Notes: generated by a model from the letters alone, not told the origin. DNA of 64,000 nt from Pseudomonadota bacterium (GCA_021819085.1 JAKASJ010000016.1:6551-70550), one strand, 5' to 3'. Shown: positions 34,671 to 44,564, counted from the stretch's first letter. Made by a program: numbers and translations.

Positions 34671-35498
34671 GTGCCGAACACAGCGACGCAGCATATCTTC
34701 GGCTGGCACGCAGTGCTGTCGGCCTTGGAACAAACGCCCGGCCGGGTGCGGCGGATATGGCTCGATGAGGGGCGCACGGGCGAGCGGCCGCAGGCCCTGA
34801 TCCGCGCCGCCGGGGCGGTGCAGGTGGCGGTGCTACGTGCCACGCGCGCCGAGCTGGACGCTCTTGCCGGTACCCGGCGGCACCAGGGGGTGGTCGCTGA
34901 ATGTGATCCGATAGACCCGGGCAATGATCGCGACCTTGGCGGGTTCCTGCGCGGGCTGACCCAGCCGGCGCTGCTGCTCGTGCTCGACGGGGTCCAGGAT
35001 CCGCATAACCTGGGCGCGTGCCTGCGCAGCGCCGACGCTGCCGGAGTGCATGCGGTCATTCTGCCGCGCGACAATGCCGTGGGCATCACACCGACGGTGC
35101 GCAAGGTCGCAAGCGGTGGTGCCGACACGGTTCCCGTCTTCCGGGTCACGAATCTGGCCCGCACCCTGGACGAGCTCAAGCAGGCGGGACTGTGGATCGC
35201 CGGCGCGGCCAGCGACACGCCGCGCGAACTCTACGGAACGGACCTGCGCGGGCCGCTGGCGCTGGTGCTGGGTGCAGAAGGCAAGGGTCTGCGGCGCCTC
35301 ACCCGGGAACGTTGCGATTTTCTCATGCGCATCCCCATGGCCGGGAGTGTTGCGAGCCTGAACGTATCGGCGGCTGCCGCAGTATGCCTGTTCGAGGCTT
35401 TGCGGCAGAGACGCGCTGCCGGACCGGCTGCGACACGCGACAATGCGGACGCCGGCACACCACGGCAGCAGCTTGCTAAGCACGACGGAACCCTTTAG
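34671..35498 (+). CDS. rlmB: 23S rRNA (guanosine-2'-O)-methyltransferase RlmB (SpoU/TrmH family)
   Basis: 275 aa with a GTG start. [37 protein letters not shown] and IPM.G...SLNVS motifs. It occupies the conserved position after rnr. Confidence 0.85.
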   Translation: MPNTATQHIFGWHAVLSALEQTPGRVRRIWLDEGRTGERPQALIRAAGAVQVAVLRATRAELDALAGTRRHQGVVAECDPIDPGNDRDLGGFLRGLTQPALLLVLDGVQDPHNLGACLRSADAAGVHAVILPRDNAVGITPTVRKVASGGADTVPVFRVTNLARTLDELKQAGLWIAGAASDTPRELYGTDLRGPLALVLGAEGKGLRRLTRERCDFLMRIPMAGSVASLNVSAAAAVCLFEALRQRRAAGPAATRDNADAGTPRQQLAKHDGTL

Positions 35499-35593
35499 AA
35501 TTCCTCGCCTTTAACCAAGCCGGCGCCTGTTGCCCGGCCCTCCTTGCCTTACCGGCCATGTTCCGGAAGGCTATCATCCGTGGGGAGTCAGAA

Positions 35594-36049
35594 ATGCGTC
35601 ATTACGAGATCGTTTTCCTGGTCCATCCCGACCAGAGCGAACAGGTGCCTGCGATGATCGACCGCTACCGGTCCATCATCGAGTCCGGAAAGGGCGCCAT
35701 TCACCGCCTCGAAGACTGGGGACGCCGCCAGCTCGCTTACCCGATCAACAAGATCCACAAGGCACATTACGTGCTGATGAATATCGAGTGCGATGCCGAG
35801 GTCCTGCGCGAAATCGAGACCGCGTTCCGCTTCAACGACGCGGTGATCCGCTGGATCACCCTGTCGCGCAAGACCGCGGTTACCGCCGCTTCGCCGCTTG
35901 CCAAGGAGAACCAGGAGGAGGGCCGGGCCGGTGGAGCGCACGGCGCACGTGCCGACCACGATGGCGATGAGCGCGAGATTCCCGCGGAGGTGGCCGGTGA
36001 GGCTACCGGCGATGCTGGCGGAGAAGCGCCTGGCGTCGGCGAGGTCTGA
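35594..36049 (+). CDS. rpsF: 30S ribosomal protein S6
   Basis: [18 protein letters not shown]...[20 protein letters not shown], with a long acidic/Gly-rich C-terminal extension. ATG at 35594 preferred. Confidence 0.95.
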   Translation: MRHYEIVFLVHPDQSEQVPAMIDRYRSIIESGKGAIHRLEDWGRRQLAYPINKIHKAHYVLMNIECDAEVLREIETAFRFNDAVIRWITLSRKTAVTAASPLAKENQEEGRAGGAHGARADHDGDEREIPAEVAGEATGDAGGEAPGVGEV

Positions 36050-36122
36050 TTCATCGCACATGTGCCGTCCGGATTAGCGCCGGTCGGGTTCAGTCAGAAC
36101 AGATTCCGGGAGTAACGAAAAG

Positions 36123-36350
36123 ATGTCGCGATTTTTCCGCCGTAAGAAATATTGCCGTTTCACTGCCGAGGGCGTGGTCGAAATCGATTACAAGGATATC
36201 GCCACACTGAAGGGCTATGTCACCGAAACGGGCAAGATCATTCCCAGCCGCAACACCGGCACGAAGGCCCACTACCAGCGCCAGCTGACGCGTGCGGTCA
36301 AGCTCGCACGCTACCTGGCGCTGCTGCCATACAGTGATTCCCATCGCTAG
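36123..36350 (+). CDS. rpsR: 30S ribosomal protein S18
   Basis: 75 aa: [20 protein letters not shown]...LK.Y..E.GKI.PSR.TGT.A.YQRQL..A.K.AR.LALLPY. Confidence 0.95.
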   Translation: MSRFFRRKKYCRFTAEGVVEIDYKDIATLKGYVTETGKIIPSRNTGTKAHYQRQLTRAVKLARYLALLPYSDSHR

Positions 36351-36407
36351 ACCTTACGACGCCGTCTGCGCAATGACGGCAACGGTGCAAAGCGCGAGGC
36401 TTTAATT

Positions 36408-36857
36408 ATGCAATTGATACTGCTGGAAAAGATACGCAATCTCGGTGATCTGGGCGACCAGGTCAACGTCAAGGCCGGCTACGGCCGCAATTATCTGATA
36501 CCGCAGCACAAGGCTGTGGTCGCGACCGCGGAAAACAAGGCGCTGTTCGAGTCACGGCGGATCGAATTCGAAAAGGCTCAGGCGGATGCGCTGGGGCGTG
36601 CCCAGGCGCGTGCCCAGGCGATGGCCGGAGCCACTGTCCAGATCTTGAGCAAGGCGAGCGACGAGGGCAAGCTGTTCGGATCGGTCGGTACCGCCGAGAT
36701 TGCAGAGGCGATGACCACCGCCGGTTTCGAGCTGGCGCGTTCCGAGGTGCAGCTTCCGAATGGTCCGCTCAAGACCGTGGGCGACCACGAAGTGACAGTG
36801 TCGTTGCATTCGGAGGTTAACGTCCGGATCATCGTCTCGGTCGTCGGGGAGGCATAA
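36408..36857 (+). CDS. rplI: 50S ribosomal protein L9
   Basis: 149 aa: [36 protein letters not shown]. Confidence 0.95.
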   Translation: MQLILLEKIRNLGDLGDQVNVKAGYGRNYLIPQHKAVVATAENKALFESRRIEFEKAQADALGRAQARAQAMAGATVQILSKASDEGKLFGSVGTAEIAEAMTTAGFELARSEVQLPNGPLKTVGDHEVTVSLHSEVNVRIIVSVVGEA

Positions 36858-36875
36858 GGCCAACCCGGTTGTTTT

Positions 36876-36907
36876 CCGTTCCCCGCCGCCGCTGCAGCGG
36901 GGAACGG
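36876..36907 (+). other. 11-bp perfect stem-loop (CCGTTCCCCGC / GCGGGGAACGG) between rplI and dnaB
   Basis: Seen directly, with a 10-nt loop and no downstream U tract. It may be an attenuator, a processing site or a Rho-independent-like element. Confidence 0.3.
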
Positions 36908-36944
36908 CCGATGTAAGCTCCAGTCTGCTGCATGCGGAGGATCG

Positions 36945-39821
36945 ATGGAGGATTTGGCCTATTCGATCGGAAGCTCCGGATCCGCCACCGAGGCGCTCAA
37001 GCTCCCGCCCCAGTCTCTCGAGGCGGAACAATCCGTTCTCGGCGGCCTGATGCTGGACAATCAGCGCTGGGACCAGGTTGCCGACCGCGTCTCGCCTGAC
37101 GATTTCTATCGCAAGGAACACCGGCTGATCTTCCGCGCCGTTGCGAGCCTGTGCGATGCCAGCGGTCCGGCCGACGTCGTGACGGTATCCGAATGGCTCG
37201 AGAAAAACGGCGAGCTTGAGGCGGCCGGCGGGCTTTCCTATCTCGGCCAGCTCGCCAACAATACTCCCAGCGCTGCCAACATTGTGGCGTATGCGGATAT
37301 CGTGCGCGAGCGCGCCATCCTGCGTAACCTCATTCGCATTGCCAACAATATCGGCAACAGCGCCTACAATCCCGAGGGACGCAATGCCGCCGAACTGCTC
37401 GACTATGCCGAGAAGCATATCCTCGACATCAGCGAACAGGGCATCCATCGTCGCGGCGGATTCCTGCCGCTCAAAACGCTGCTCACCAAGGCGGTCGACC
37501 GGATCGACCAGCTGTTCCGGTCCGACAGTCCGATCACCGGTGTGTCGACCGGCTTCAGCGACCTGGATGCCATGACCTCCGGGCTGCAGGCCGGCGACCT
37601 CGTCATCGTTGCCGGCCGACCGAGCATGGGCAAATGCGTCGTCCATGATTCGGAACTCGTGATGGATGACGGAAGCGTGGTCACGATTGAAGAGATTTTT
37701 CACCATCGCCGTGGCCAGCGGGTCGGTACCCTGTCCGAAAACTATCGCATCGGGCGCGCGACCCCGAGCGCCTATGTCGATGATGGCTTCAAGCCCGTCT
37801 TCGAGGTCACCACCCGACTCGGGCGCCGCATCCAGACCACGCTGACGCACCCCTTTCTCACCGCGTCCGGATGGCGCCCTTTGGGCGAACTGAAGGCGGG
37901 CGATCAGGTCGCAGTTCCACGCCGCTTGCCGGTGTTCGGGCAGCAAGAACTGCGTGAATGCGAGGTCAAGCTGCTCGGCTACCTCATCGGTGACGGCGGA
38001 TTGACCGGCAGCAATGTACGTTTCACCAACAGCAACCCGCGCGTCGCCGCCGAGTTCCACCAGGCGGTGGAGGCGTTCGGCGGTCTGTTGCTGACGGGGA
38101 CGGGACGCCGGGCAGGCTTTGCGCCGACCGGCAGCATAGTCGGCGATCGCGCGTCGATCGCAGAGCGCCGAAAGACTTTCGCGGCACGCCTGGGTTGCGC
38201 ACTGGACCGGTGCGGGACGCCGGCGCGGCGAGTGGCGGCGTCCGTCGGTAATTCCCGGGCCGCAGTCACCTGCCGGTGCCAGGGAAGATCAGTGCCGGAA
38301 GAAGCGACGTTCGGCAGTTCGTGCGCGACGCTGCACATCGACCCGGCCCGTTTGGCGCCGGAAAGACTCCCGGATGCGCACAAAAACGGCAAGACTCCAC
38401 TCACGCGCTGGCTCGGCGAACTTGGGGTACTGGAATGCACCGCCTCTAAAAAAACCGTGCCAGCCGTGATTTTCCGGCTGACCAGACCGCAACAGGCGAT
38501 GTTCCTCAGCCGTCTCTTCGCGACGGATGGCTGGGCCACGGTACTCGCGTCGGGCCAGGCGCAGATTGGTTACGTCACGATCAGCGAAAAGCTGGCGCGG
38601 CAGATTCAGCACCTGCTCCTGCGCTTTGGCGTTGTTGCGTCGCTGCGCCGGCGCCACGTCAAGGATAGTGAGACGCGCCGTGCCTCCTGGCAGCTCGACA
38701 TTACCCATGCTGAATCGATCCTGACGTTCGCCCGTGATATCGGCATCTACGGGAAGGAAGAGGCGCTCACAGCTGCCGTCAGACAAGTTGAGCGGCGGCG
38801 GCAGACGAATGCGGATCTGGTGCCGGTCGAAGTGTGGAACAGCATTGCAGCCACGAAAGGCGATTTATCCTGGCCGGAACTCGCGCGACGGGCCGGCGTC
38901 AATGGTTCGAACCTGCATGTCGGCCGGCGCCGGCTGTCCAGGACGCGTCTCGCCAGATTTGCGCTGGCGCTCGGCAACCGGGAACTGCTCGCGCTCTCCC
39001 AGAGCGATGTCTACTGGGATCGCATCGTCTCGATTGTCCCGCTGGGCGAGAAGCAGGTGTACGATCTCACCATTCCGGACACACACAATTTCATCGCCAA
39101 TGACATCTGCGTACACAACACGTCGCTGGCCATGAACATCGCCGAGAACACGGCCGTGGGACAGAAGCTGCCAGTCGCCGTGTTCAGCATGGAAATGCCC
39201 GGGGAACAGCTGGCGATGCGCATGATGTCGTCGCTCGGGCGGATCAATGCGCACAAGGTGCGGACCGGCAAGCTCGATGATGACGACTGGCCGCGCCTCA
39301 CTTCGGCCATCGGGTTGCTGGCCGATGCGCCTATGTTCATCGACGACACCCCGGCGCTCACGCCGCTCGAGCTGCGCTCGCGCGCCCGACGGCTCAAACG
39401 CGAGCACGGTCTGGGACTCATCGTCGTAGACTATCTGCAGCTCATGCAGTCTCCGGAGAACGGCGAGAACAGGGCGACCGAAATCTCCGGCATCACGCGT
39501 TCCCTCAAGAGTCTGGCGAAGGAGCTCAATGTACCGCTCATTGCCATGTCGCAGCTCAATCGCAGCCTGGAGCAGCGGCCGAACAAGCGTCCGGTGATGT
39601 CGGATCTGCGCGAATCGGGCGCCATCGAGCAGGACGCGGATGTCATCTTCTTCATTTACCGGGATGAAGTGTACAACGAGGACAGCCAGGACAAGGGTAC
39701 CGCCGAGATCATCATCGGCAAGCAACGTAACGGTCCGACCGGCAAGGTGCGTCTGACCTTTCTCGGCGAATACACCCGCTTTGAGAATTACGCCAGCGGC
39801 GCCTATGACGAGCGGTTCTGA
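36945..39821 (+). CDS. dnaB: replicative DNA helicase DnaB, intein-containing precursor (463-aa extein + 495-aa intein)
   Basis: The N-terminal domain (LPPQSLEAEQSVLGGLMLDN) and the RecA-like domain are present. Walker A is split as GRPSMGK|intein|TSLAMNIA. Downstream motifs include SMEMPGEQLAMRM, IVVDYLQLM, SLKSLAKELNVPLIAMSQLNRSLEQR and IIGKQRNGPTG. Confidence 0.95.
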   Translation: MEDLAYSIGSSGSATEALKLPPQSLEAEQSVLGGLMLDNQRWDQVADRVSPDDFYRKEHRLIFRAVASLCDASGPADVVTVSEWLEKNGELEAAGGLSYLGQLANNTPSAANIVAYADIVRERAILRNLIRIANNIGNSAYNPEGRNAAELLDYAEKHILDISEQGIHRRGGFLPLKTLLTKAVDRIDQLFRSDSPITGVSTGFSDLDAMTSGLQAGDLVIVAGRPSMGKCVVHDSELVMDDGSVVTIEEIFHHRRGQRVGTLSENYRIGRATPSAYVDDGFKPVFEVTTRLGRRIQTTLTHPFLTASGWRPLGELKAGDQVAVPRRLPVFGQQELRECEVKLLGYLIGDGGLTGSNVRFTNSNPRVAAEFHQAVEAFGGLLLTGTGRRAGFAPTGSIVGDRASIAERRKTFAARLGCALDRCGTPARRVAASVGNSRAAVTCRCQGRSVPEEATFGSSCATLHIDPARLAPERLPDAHKNGKTPLTRWLGELGVLECTASKKTVPAVIFRLTRPQQAMFLSRLFATDGWATVLASGQAQIGYVTISEKLARQIQHLLLRFGVVASLRRRHVKDSETRRASWQLDITHAESILTFARDIGIYGKEEALTAAVRQVERRRQTNADLVPVEVWNSIAATKGDLSWPELARRAGVNGSNLHVGRRRLSRTRLARFALALGNRELLALSQSDVYWDRIVSIVPLGEKQVYDLTIPDTHNFIANDICVHNTSLAMNIAENTAVGQKLPVAVFSMEMPGEQLAMRMMSSLGRINAHKVRTGKLDDDDWPRLTSAIGLLADAPMFIDDTPALTPLELRSRARRLKREHGLGLIVVDYLQLMQSPENGENRATEISGITRSLKSLAKELNVPLIAMSQLNRSLEQRPNKRPVMSDLRESGAIEQDADVIFFIYRDEVYNEDSQDKGTAEIIIGKQRNGPTGKVRLTFLGEYTRFENYASGAYDERF
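37635..39119 (+). mobile_element. DnaB intein with LAGLIDADG homing-endonuclease domain
   Basis: It begins with Cys (CVVHDSELVMDDG, block A). Block B is TTLTHPFLT. Two LAGLIDADG motifs are present (LLGYLIGDGGL and LSRLFATDGWA). Blocks F/G read VYDLTIPDTHNFIANDICVHN, followed by the +1 Thr of the GKT P-loop. It is in frame: 1485 nt. Confidence 0.85.
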
Positions 39822-39847
39822 CGGATTGTTGCGCGCGCGTTTCGGCG

Positions 39848-40930
39848 ATGGCTAGACCGGCGCAGGTACGGCTTTCGGCGGCGGCGCTGCAGCATAACCT
39901 CGGGCGCGTGCGCAGTTACGCACCCGAGGCCAAGGTCATGGCCGTCATCAAGGCCAATGGCTACGGTCACGGCCTCGGATGGGCCGCGCGCGTGCTGTCA
40001 CAGGCGGACGCGTTCGGCGTTGCCAGCGTAGAAGAGGGCATTACGCTGCGGCGTGCGGGAGTGACCCGGCCGGTGTGCCTGTTGGAGGGGTTTTTCCGGA
40101 ACGAGGAACTGGCGCTGCTCGCAGCAGAGCGGCTGTCTACCGTGGTGCATCATGAGCGTCAGATCCGGGACCTGGAGGATTTCAGTGGCAGCGCGCCTGT
40201 GGACGTATGGCTTAAGATCGATACGGGCATGCACCGCATCGGCTTCGATCCGCAGCGCGCTGCCTCGGCAGCCAGCCGCCTGCGGGCCTGCAAATCTGTC
40301 GGTGCCCTGGGTCTGATGTCGCATTTCGCCAACGCCGACAACAAGTTCGACAGCACCACTTCGTTCCAGATCAGTCTGTTTAATGACCTCGCCGCCTCGA
40401 TCGGCGGAGAGCGCAGTCTCGCCAATTCGGCCGGAATCGTGGCCTGGCCGGAAAGCCGCCTGGAATGGGTGCGTCCGGGCATCATGCTCTACGGCGTATC
40501 GCCGATGATCGGCCAGGGAGGTGGCGAACTCGGTCTGGAACCGGTCATGACACTGGGCAGCGAGATCATCGCAATCAGCCGGCGACGCAAGGGCGAGGCT
40601 ATCGGCTATGGCGGGGACTGGGTATGTCCGGAGGAGATGCCGGTAGGCGTCGTGGCGATCGGCTATGGCGATGGATATCCACGCCACGTACCCGCGGGCA
40701 CCCCGGTGTTGGTCAACGGGCGGCGCGTACCGCTTATCGGACGCGTATCCATGGACATGATCACGGTCGACCTGCGCGATCAGCCCGGTGCGCAAATCGG
40801 AGATCCGGCAGTGCTGTGGGGTGCGGGACTGCCGGTGGAGGAGATCGCCGCGCGTGCCGGCACGATCGGCTACGAGCTTCTGTGCCAGGTGACGCCGCGC
40901 GTGCCGCGGGTCGAGTCGGAGGAGCGCTGA
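39848..40930 (+). CDS. alr: alanine racemase
   Basis: 360 aa with the PLP-lysine motif AVIKANGYGHG, plus the ANSAG and GYGDGYPR regions. Confidence 0.9.
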   Translation: MARPAQVRLSAAALQHNLGRVRSYAPEAKVMAVIKANGYGHGLGWAARVLSQADAFGVASVEEGITLRRAGVTRPVCLLEGFFRNEELALLAAERLSTVVHHERQIRDLEDFSGSAPVDVWLKIDTGMHRIGFDPQRAASAASRLRACKSVGALGLMSHFANADNKFDSTTSFQISLFNDLAASIGGERSLANSAGIVAWPESRLEWVRPGIMLYGVSPMIGQGGGELGLEPVMTLGSEIIAISRRRKGEAIGYGGDWVCPEEMPVGVVAIGYGDGYPRHVPAGTPVLVNGRRVPLIGRVSMDMITVDLRDQPGAQIGDPAVLWGAGLPVEEIAARAGTIGYELLCQVTPRVPRVESEER

Positions 40931-40934
40931 GCGC

Positions 40935-42299
40935 ATGTCGCGGGCACGATCCGTATTCAGCTGCACGGAATGCGGTGCCCAGTCGCCGAAATGGACCGGG
41001 CAGTGCCCGGGTTGCGGTGCATGGAACACGCTGGTGGAAAGCGTCGAACGTATCGAGCCAGGACGCTCCGGGCGCTTCGGCACGCTCGCCGACGCATCAG
41101 TGGTCCAGCTGCTGACGGCGGTTCCGGCGCAGGCTGCGGTGCGGATCGGCAGCGGTCTCGCGGAGCTGGATCGGGTGCTGGGCGGCGGCGGGATGGTGAC
41201 CGGATCGGTTGCGCTCATCGGCGGGGATCCGGGAATAGGCAAGTCGACACTGCTGCTGCAGGCGCTCGCCGTCATCAGCCAGAAGGCACCAGTACTTTAC
41301 GTCACCGGCGAAGAATCCGCACAGCAGGTTGCGCTGCGCGCGCAGCGTCTCGGCGTGCAGGCGGATGCCGTCCGGCTGCTTGCGGAAAACCGGGTGGAGA
41401 CAATCATCACGCTTGCCCATGCCGAACGGCCAGCGGTCATGGTGGTGGACTCGATCCAGACCGTGTTCACAGAACTTCTCCAGTCCGCTCCGGGAAGCGT
41501 GGCCCAGGTGCGCGAATCGGCCGCACAGCTTGTGCGCTTCGCAAAGCAGGCGGACGTGGGCCTGTTTCTCGTGGGGCATGTCACCAAGGAAGGCGCCCTC
41601 GCCGGGCCGCGGGTGCTCGAGCACATGGTGGACACGGTACTGTACTTCGAAGGCGATAGCGCCAGCCAGTTCCGCGTCATCCGTGCGATCAAAAACCGGT
41701 TTGGTGCCGTCAACGAAATCGGCGTCTTCCTGATGACCGAGTCCGGGCTGCGCGAGGTGGGAAACCCTTCGGCGATGTTCATCAGCCGTCAGGGCGATGT
41801 TGTCTCGGGCAGCGTCGTGCTCGCCACCCAGGAGGGCACACGGCCGTTGCTGGTGGAAGTGCAGGCGCTCGTCGATGAGAGCCATTCTCCAAATCCACGC
41901 CGCGTGTGTGTCGGACTCGACCAGAACCGCCTGGCGATGCTGCTCGCGGTGCTGCACCGGCATGCCGGGATCGCGATGTTTGACCAGGACGTGTTCGTCA
42001 ACGTAGCCGGCGGTGTGCGGGTGCTGGAGCCGGCGGCTGACCTGGCTGTAGTGATTGCCGCCGTATCCAGCATGCGCAGCCTGCCTCTGGGCAAAGACCT
42101 GGTGGTGTTCGGCGAAGTGGGCCTTGCCGGAGAAGTGCGGCCCGTTCAGCGCGGGCAGGAACGCATACGCGAAGCGGCGAAGCTCGGATTCCGGCGCGCC
42201 GTGCTGCCCGCCGCCAACATGCCGCGAAAACCTGAGGCCGGAATCGAACTCATTCCGGTGCGACGGGTGGAAGAGGCGCTCGAGGCGATCATCCGCTAG
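40935..42299 (+). CDS. radA: DNA repair protein RadA/Sms
   Basis: 454 aa. Zinc finger C.ECG......W.G.CP.CG.WNT, Walker A GGDPGIGKSTLLLQ, KNRFG motif, and a Lon-like C-terminus. Confidence 0.95.
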   Translation: MSRARSVFSCTECGAQSPKWTGQCPGCGAWNTLVESVERIEPGRSGRFGTLADASVVQLLTAVPAQAAVRIGSGLAELDRVLGGGGMVTGSVALIGGDPGIGKSTLLLQALAVISQKAPVLYVTGEESAQQVALRAQRLGVQADAVRLLAENRVETIITLAHAERPAVMVVDSIQTVFTELLQSAPGSVAQVRESAAQLVRFAKQADVGLFLVGHVTKEGALAGPRVLEHMVDTVLYFEGDSASQFRVIRAIKNRFGAVNEIGVFLMTESGLREVGNPSAMFISRQGDVVSGSVVLATQEGTRPLLVEVQALVDESHSPNPRRVCVGLDQNRLAMLLAVLHRHAGIAMFDQDVFVNVAGGVRVLEPAADLAVVIAAVSSMRSLPLGKDLVVFGEVGLAGEVRPVQRGQERIREAAKLGFRRAVLPAANMPRKPEAGIELIPVRRVEEALEAIIR

Positions 42300-42320
42300 C
42301 GGCTGCGAGCGGTGGGTGTC

Positions 42321-42998
42321 TCACTTCAGGTAGAACTGCATGCGCGATCCGGCAATCTCGATGATGTCACCGTTCTTGAGTTGCTCGCCGTGTGGCCCGA
42401 GCAGTTTGCCGTTGAGTTTCGGCTTTTCCGTGTCGCTGCCGGGTGCCAGCGTATAGTCGCCGCTTGCCTTGCGGCTGATCACTGCGGCCATCTTGCCGGA
42501 ACGTCCCAGATGCGTCACCGCCTTGGTGAGATCGATGCGCTTGCCGCTGTTGGCGCCGCTGAGGACGAAGATGGCGCCCTGACGCACCCCCTTGGCCGCA
42601 TCCGGCGCGGATGCGGCCGGGGTGCTGGCTGCAGGCTGGCCCGGCTCCGCCGGGCGCATAGGCGGGATGATGACTGTCTTGGCAAGCGAGTCGGCGCCAG
42701 GCCGGGCGGAATTTTCGTTCACGTACAGCAGGGTATGCTTGCCAATCCCTATTGCATCACCGTTGGTCAGATGATGCTTGGAAATCTTCTTGTTGTTGAC
42801 GAACGTGCCATTGGTGCTGTTCAGGTCCTGGATGAAGCTGTCCTCGCCGATGGTAAACAGCGACGCATGGTTGGCGCTGACAGAGAGGTTGTCGAGCAGG
42901 ATGTCGCTGCCCGGCCTGCGACCGATGGTCATATCCCCCTGTTTCAGCACGAGCTGGTCGATTACCACGTCTTCGAACTTGATGATGAATTTCGCCAT
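42321..42998 (-). CDS. FHA-domain protein (canonical N-terminal FHA, P/A-rich linker, degenerate C-terminal FHA-like domain)
   Basis: 225 aa. The N-terminal FHA reads TIGRRPGSDILLDNLSVSANHASLF...FIQDLNSTNGTFVNNKKI....L.NGDAIGIG. The C-terminus reads THLGRSG...KLNGKLL....QLKNGDIIEIAG. Confidence 0.8.
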   Translation of the reverse strand: MAKFIIKFEDVVIDQLVLKQGDMTIGRRPGSDILLDNLSVSANHASLFTIGEDSFIQDLNSTNGTFVNNKKISKHHLTNGDAIGIGKHTLLYVNENSARPGADSLAKTVIIPPMRPAEPGQPAASTPAASAPDAAKGVRQGAIFVLSGANSGKRIDLTKAVTHLGRSGKMAAVISRKASGDYTLAPGSDTEKPKLNGKLLGPHGEQLKNGDIIEIAGSRMQFYLK

Positions 42999-43067
42999 TG
43001 TTTTGTTATCCTGACATTCACCCGTTGCGCCACGGCCGTGGCGTTGAATAAACTCGCTGAAAGTCTG

Positions 43068-43871
43068 TCAACCCCTGTCCGGCCCGGATCCGGGCCGGCG
43101 GCGAGTGAAGCGTTTTCCGGTGCGGACCAGAACCACCGACACATTGTCCGGCCCCCCCTTGGAGTTGACCTCGGTGACGATCTGACGCACAGCATCGTCC
43201 AGGTTTCCACCTAAAGTCTGCAACAGCAGTTCAACGTCGGAATCCGGCAGCACGTCGCTCAATCCGTCGGAGCACAGCAGGTACAGATCGTCTTTATTCA
43301 CCACTTGCTGGACGATGTCGACCTGTACGAGCGGCTCAACGCCCAGCGCGCGCGTGACCAGATTCTTGTTCACGGACGTCCGCGCCTCTTCCGGCGAGAG
43401 CAGGCCGCGTCGCAGCAATTCCTGGACCATCGAATGATCCTCGGTCAGCTGTTCCAGTTGCTGCGCGCGGTAACGGTACAGGCGTGAATCTCCAACGTGC
43501 GCGACGCATACCTTGTTGTCGTAAAACAGCGCCACCACCACAGTGGTGCCCATGCCGCTGTATTCGGCCCGCGAGCGGGCGCTTTCGTAGATCGCGGCAT
43601 TGGCCTGCTGGATGGCATCCGCCACGATTGCATCCTCGGGGCGGCGGTCCGGCGCGGTCGCCCCCGTGCCAGGGATGGCGTCGAGCGCTTCAACGATGCT
43701 CCTGCCGATGATGTCCACTGCCATGGCGCTGGCCACTTCGCCCGCCAGATGTCCGCCCATGCCGTCGGCCAGCACTGCCAGACCGCTTTCCGGCTTGAGG
43801 AACAGGGCGTCTTCGTTGCGTTCCCTGACCATGCCGGGATCGCTGATGCCTGCCATGGCGAAGGTGGTCAT
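43068..43871 (-). CDS. PP2C-family Ser/Thr protein phosphatase
   Basis: 267 aa with G.SD.G.VRE.NEDA, VLADGMGGH.AGEVAS, GTTVVVALF, VAHVGDSR.Y, LCSDGL and DN.S.V.V motifs. Confidence 0.85.
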   Translation of the reverse strand: MTTFAMAGISDPGMVRERNEDALFLKPESGLAVLADGMGGHLAGEVASAMAVDIIGRSIVEALDAIPGTGATAPDRRPEDAIVADAIQQANAAIYESARSRAEYSGMGTTVVVALFYDNKVCVAHVGDSRLYRYRAQQLEQLTEDHSMVQELLRRGLLSPEEARTSVNKNLVTRALGVEPLVQVDIVQQVVNKDDLYLLCSDGLSDVLPDSDVELLLQTLGGNLDDAVRQIVTEVNSKGGPDNVSVVLVRTGKRFTRRRPGSGPDRG

Positions 43872-44065
43872 GTGTCTGCGGCCGGGCGGGTATGAAGACG
43901 GGTACAGATGGTCCGGCTGTGCGCGACTGCCGCCGCCGGGGGTCTTCCCGGTCCTGACCGCGGCGTTTTATCGGAGTGCTCGCGCACACCAGCGGACCGG
44001 TCGGCGCGCAGCGGTGCGGCATTCGGACGTTTCCGGATGGTGAAGCGGAGCACGGGGCTCGACAT
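43868..44065 (-). CDS. hypothetical small basic protein (65 aa), translationally coupled to the PP2C gene
   Basis: The ATG at 44065 is preceded by GAGGGAGA 4 nt upstream. The stop overlaps the PP2C start (ATGA). No family recognised, and the R/P/T-rich composition could be a GC-rich artefact. Confidence 0.3.
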   Translation of the reverse strand: MSSPVLRFTIRKRPNAAPLRADRSAGVREHSDKTPRSGPGRPPAAAVAHSRTICTRLHTRPAADT

Positions 44066-44564
44066 TGAATCTCCCTCAAAAGGCGGGCGCACTACGGGTG
44101 GTTCATCGGTCATGAGTACACGAGAGGCCGCGCACGGAGGGTCGCCCGCGCGTTCGCCGGCGATCCGCTCCGGGGCATGCAAGGGGAAACCCGGGGATGA
44201 GGCCGGATGTCGCGCGACAGGCAGTGCCGAGCGACGCGATCGGCGCTGCATGCAAGATGCCGCCAGCCGGCTTGGCGGTGACGCAGGTGACCCCCGCTGC
44301 CGGGAGCCGGGTATGCCTGGTTCCTTTTCCTTGATGTGAGGCGTGCCGCCGGCTTCAGGCGCGATGAGCATCGTGCCGAAGGCTCGAACGGAAAACCAGT
44401 CCTGCTTCAGGAACCCTCCTATGGTCATGAATGATTCTGCGGTTTCGCCGTCGAGTGAAATGCCTTCTTTATATAGATATTACACAATCCCCCGGTCCGC
44501 AAGGACCTCTCGTCCCGAAAAATGCACGGAAATCGGCTGCCGGCGCACCCCTTTGGGGTGCGGG

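Noticed and set aside
36050-36122. Absence of priB between rpsF and rpsR
   Set aside because: The rpsF-priB-rpsR arrangement is restricted to some lineages. A direct rpsF-rpsR junction is common and not anomalous.
36876-36907. Possible REP-like repeat family: the hairpins at 36876-36907 and 50077-50100 share a GCGGG(G)AACG / CGTTCCC(C)GC core
   Set aside because: Only two copies were seen by eye, with different loop and arm lengths. That is not enough to call a dispersed repeat family, so they are listed only as individual hairpins.
36552-38060. 502-aa minus-strand ORF antisense to rplI/dnaB. Similar long antisense ORFs occur at 18894-20501, 33301-34563, 38865-39725, 39998-41275 and 55712-57376.
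   Set aside because: All lie opposite genes with unambiguous family motifs, and their translations are low-complexity. I treated them as non-coding shadows.
43868-44428. Full 186-aa version of the ORF upstream of the PP2C gene
   Set aside because: The N-terminal two-thirds is P/R/S/A low-complexity with no SD at 44428. Only the 65-aa C-terminal version, which has a strong SD, was kept, and at low confidence.
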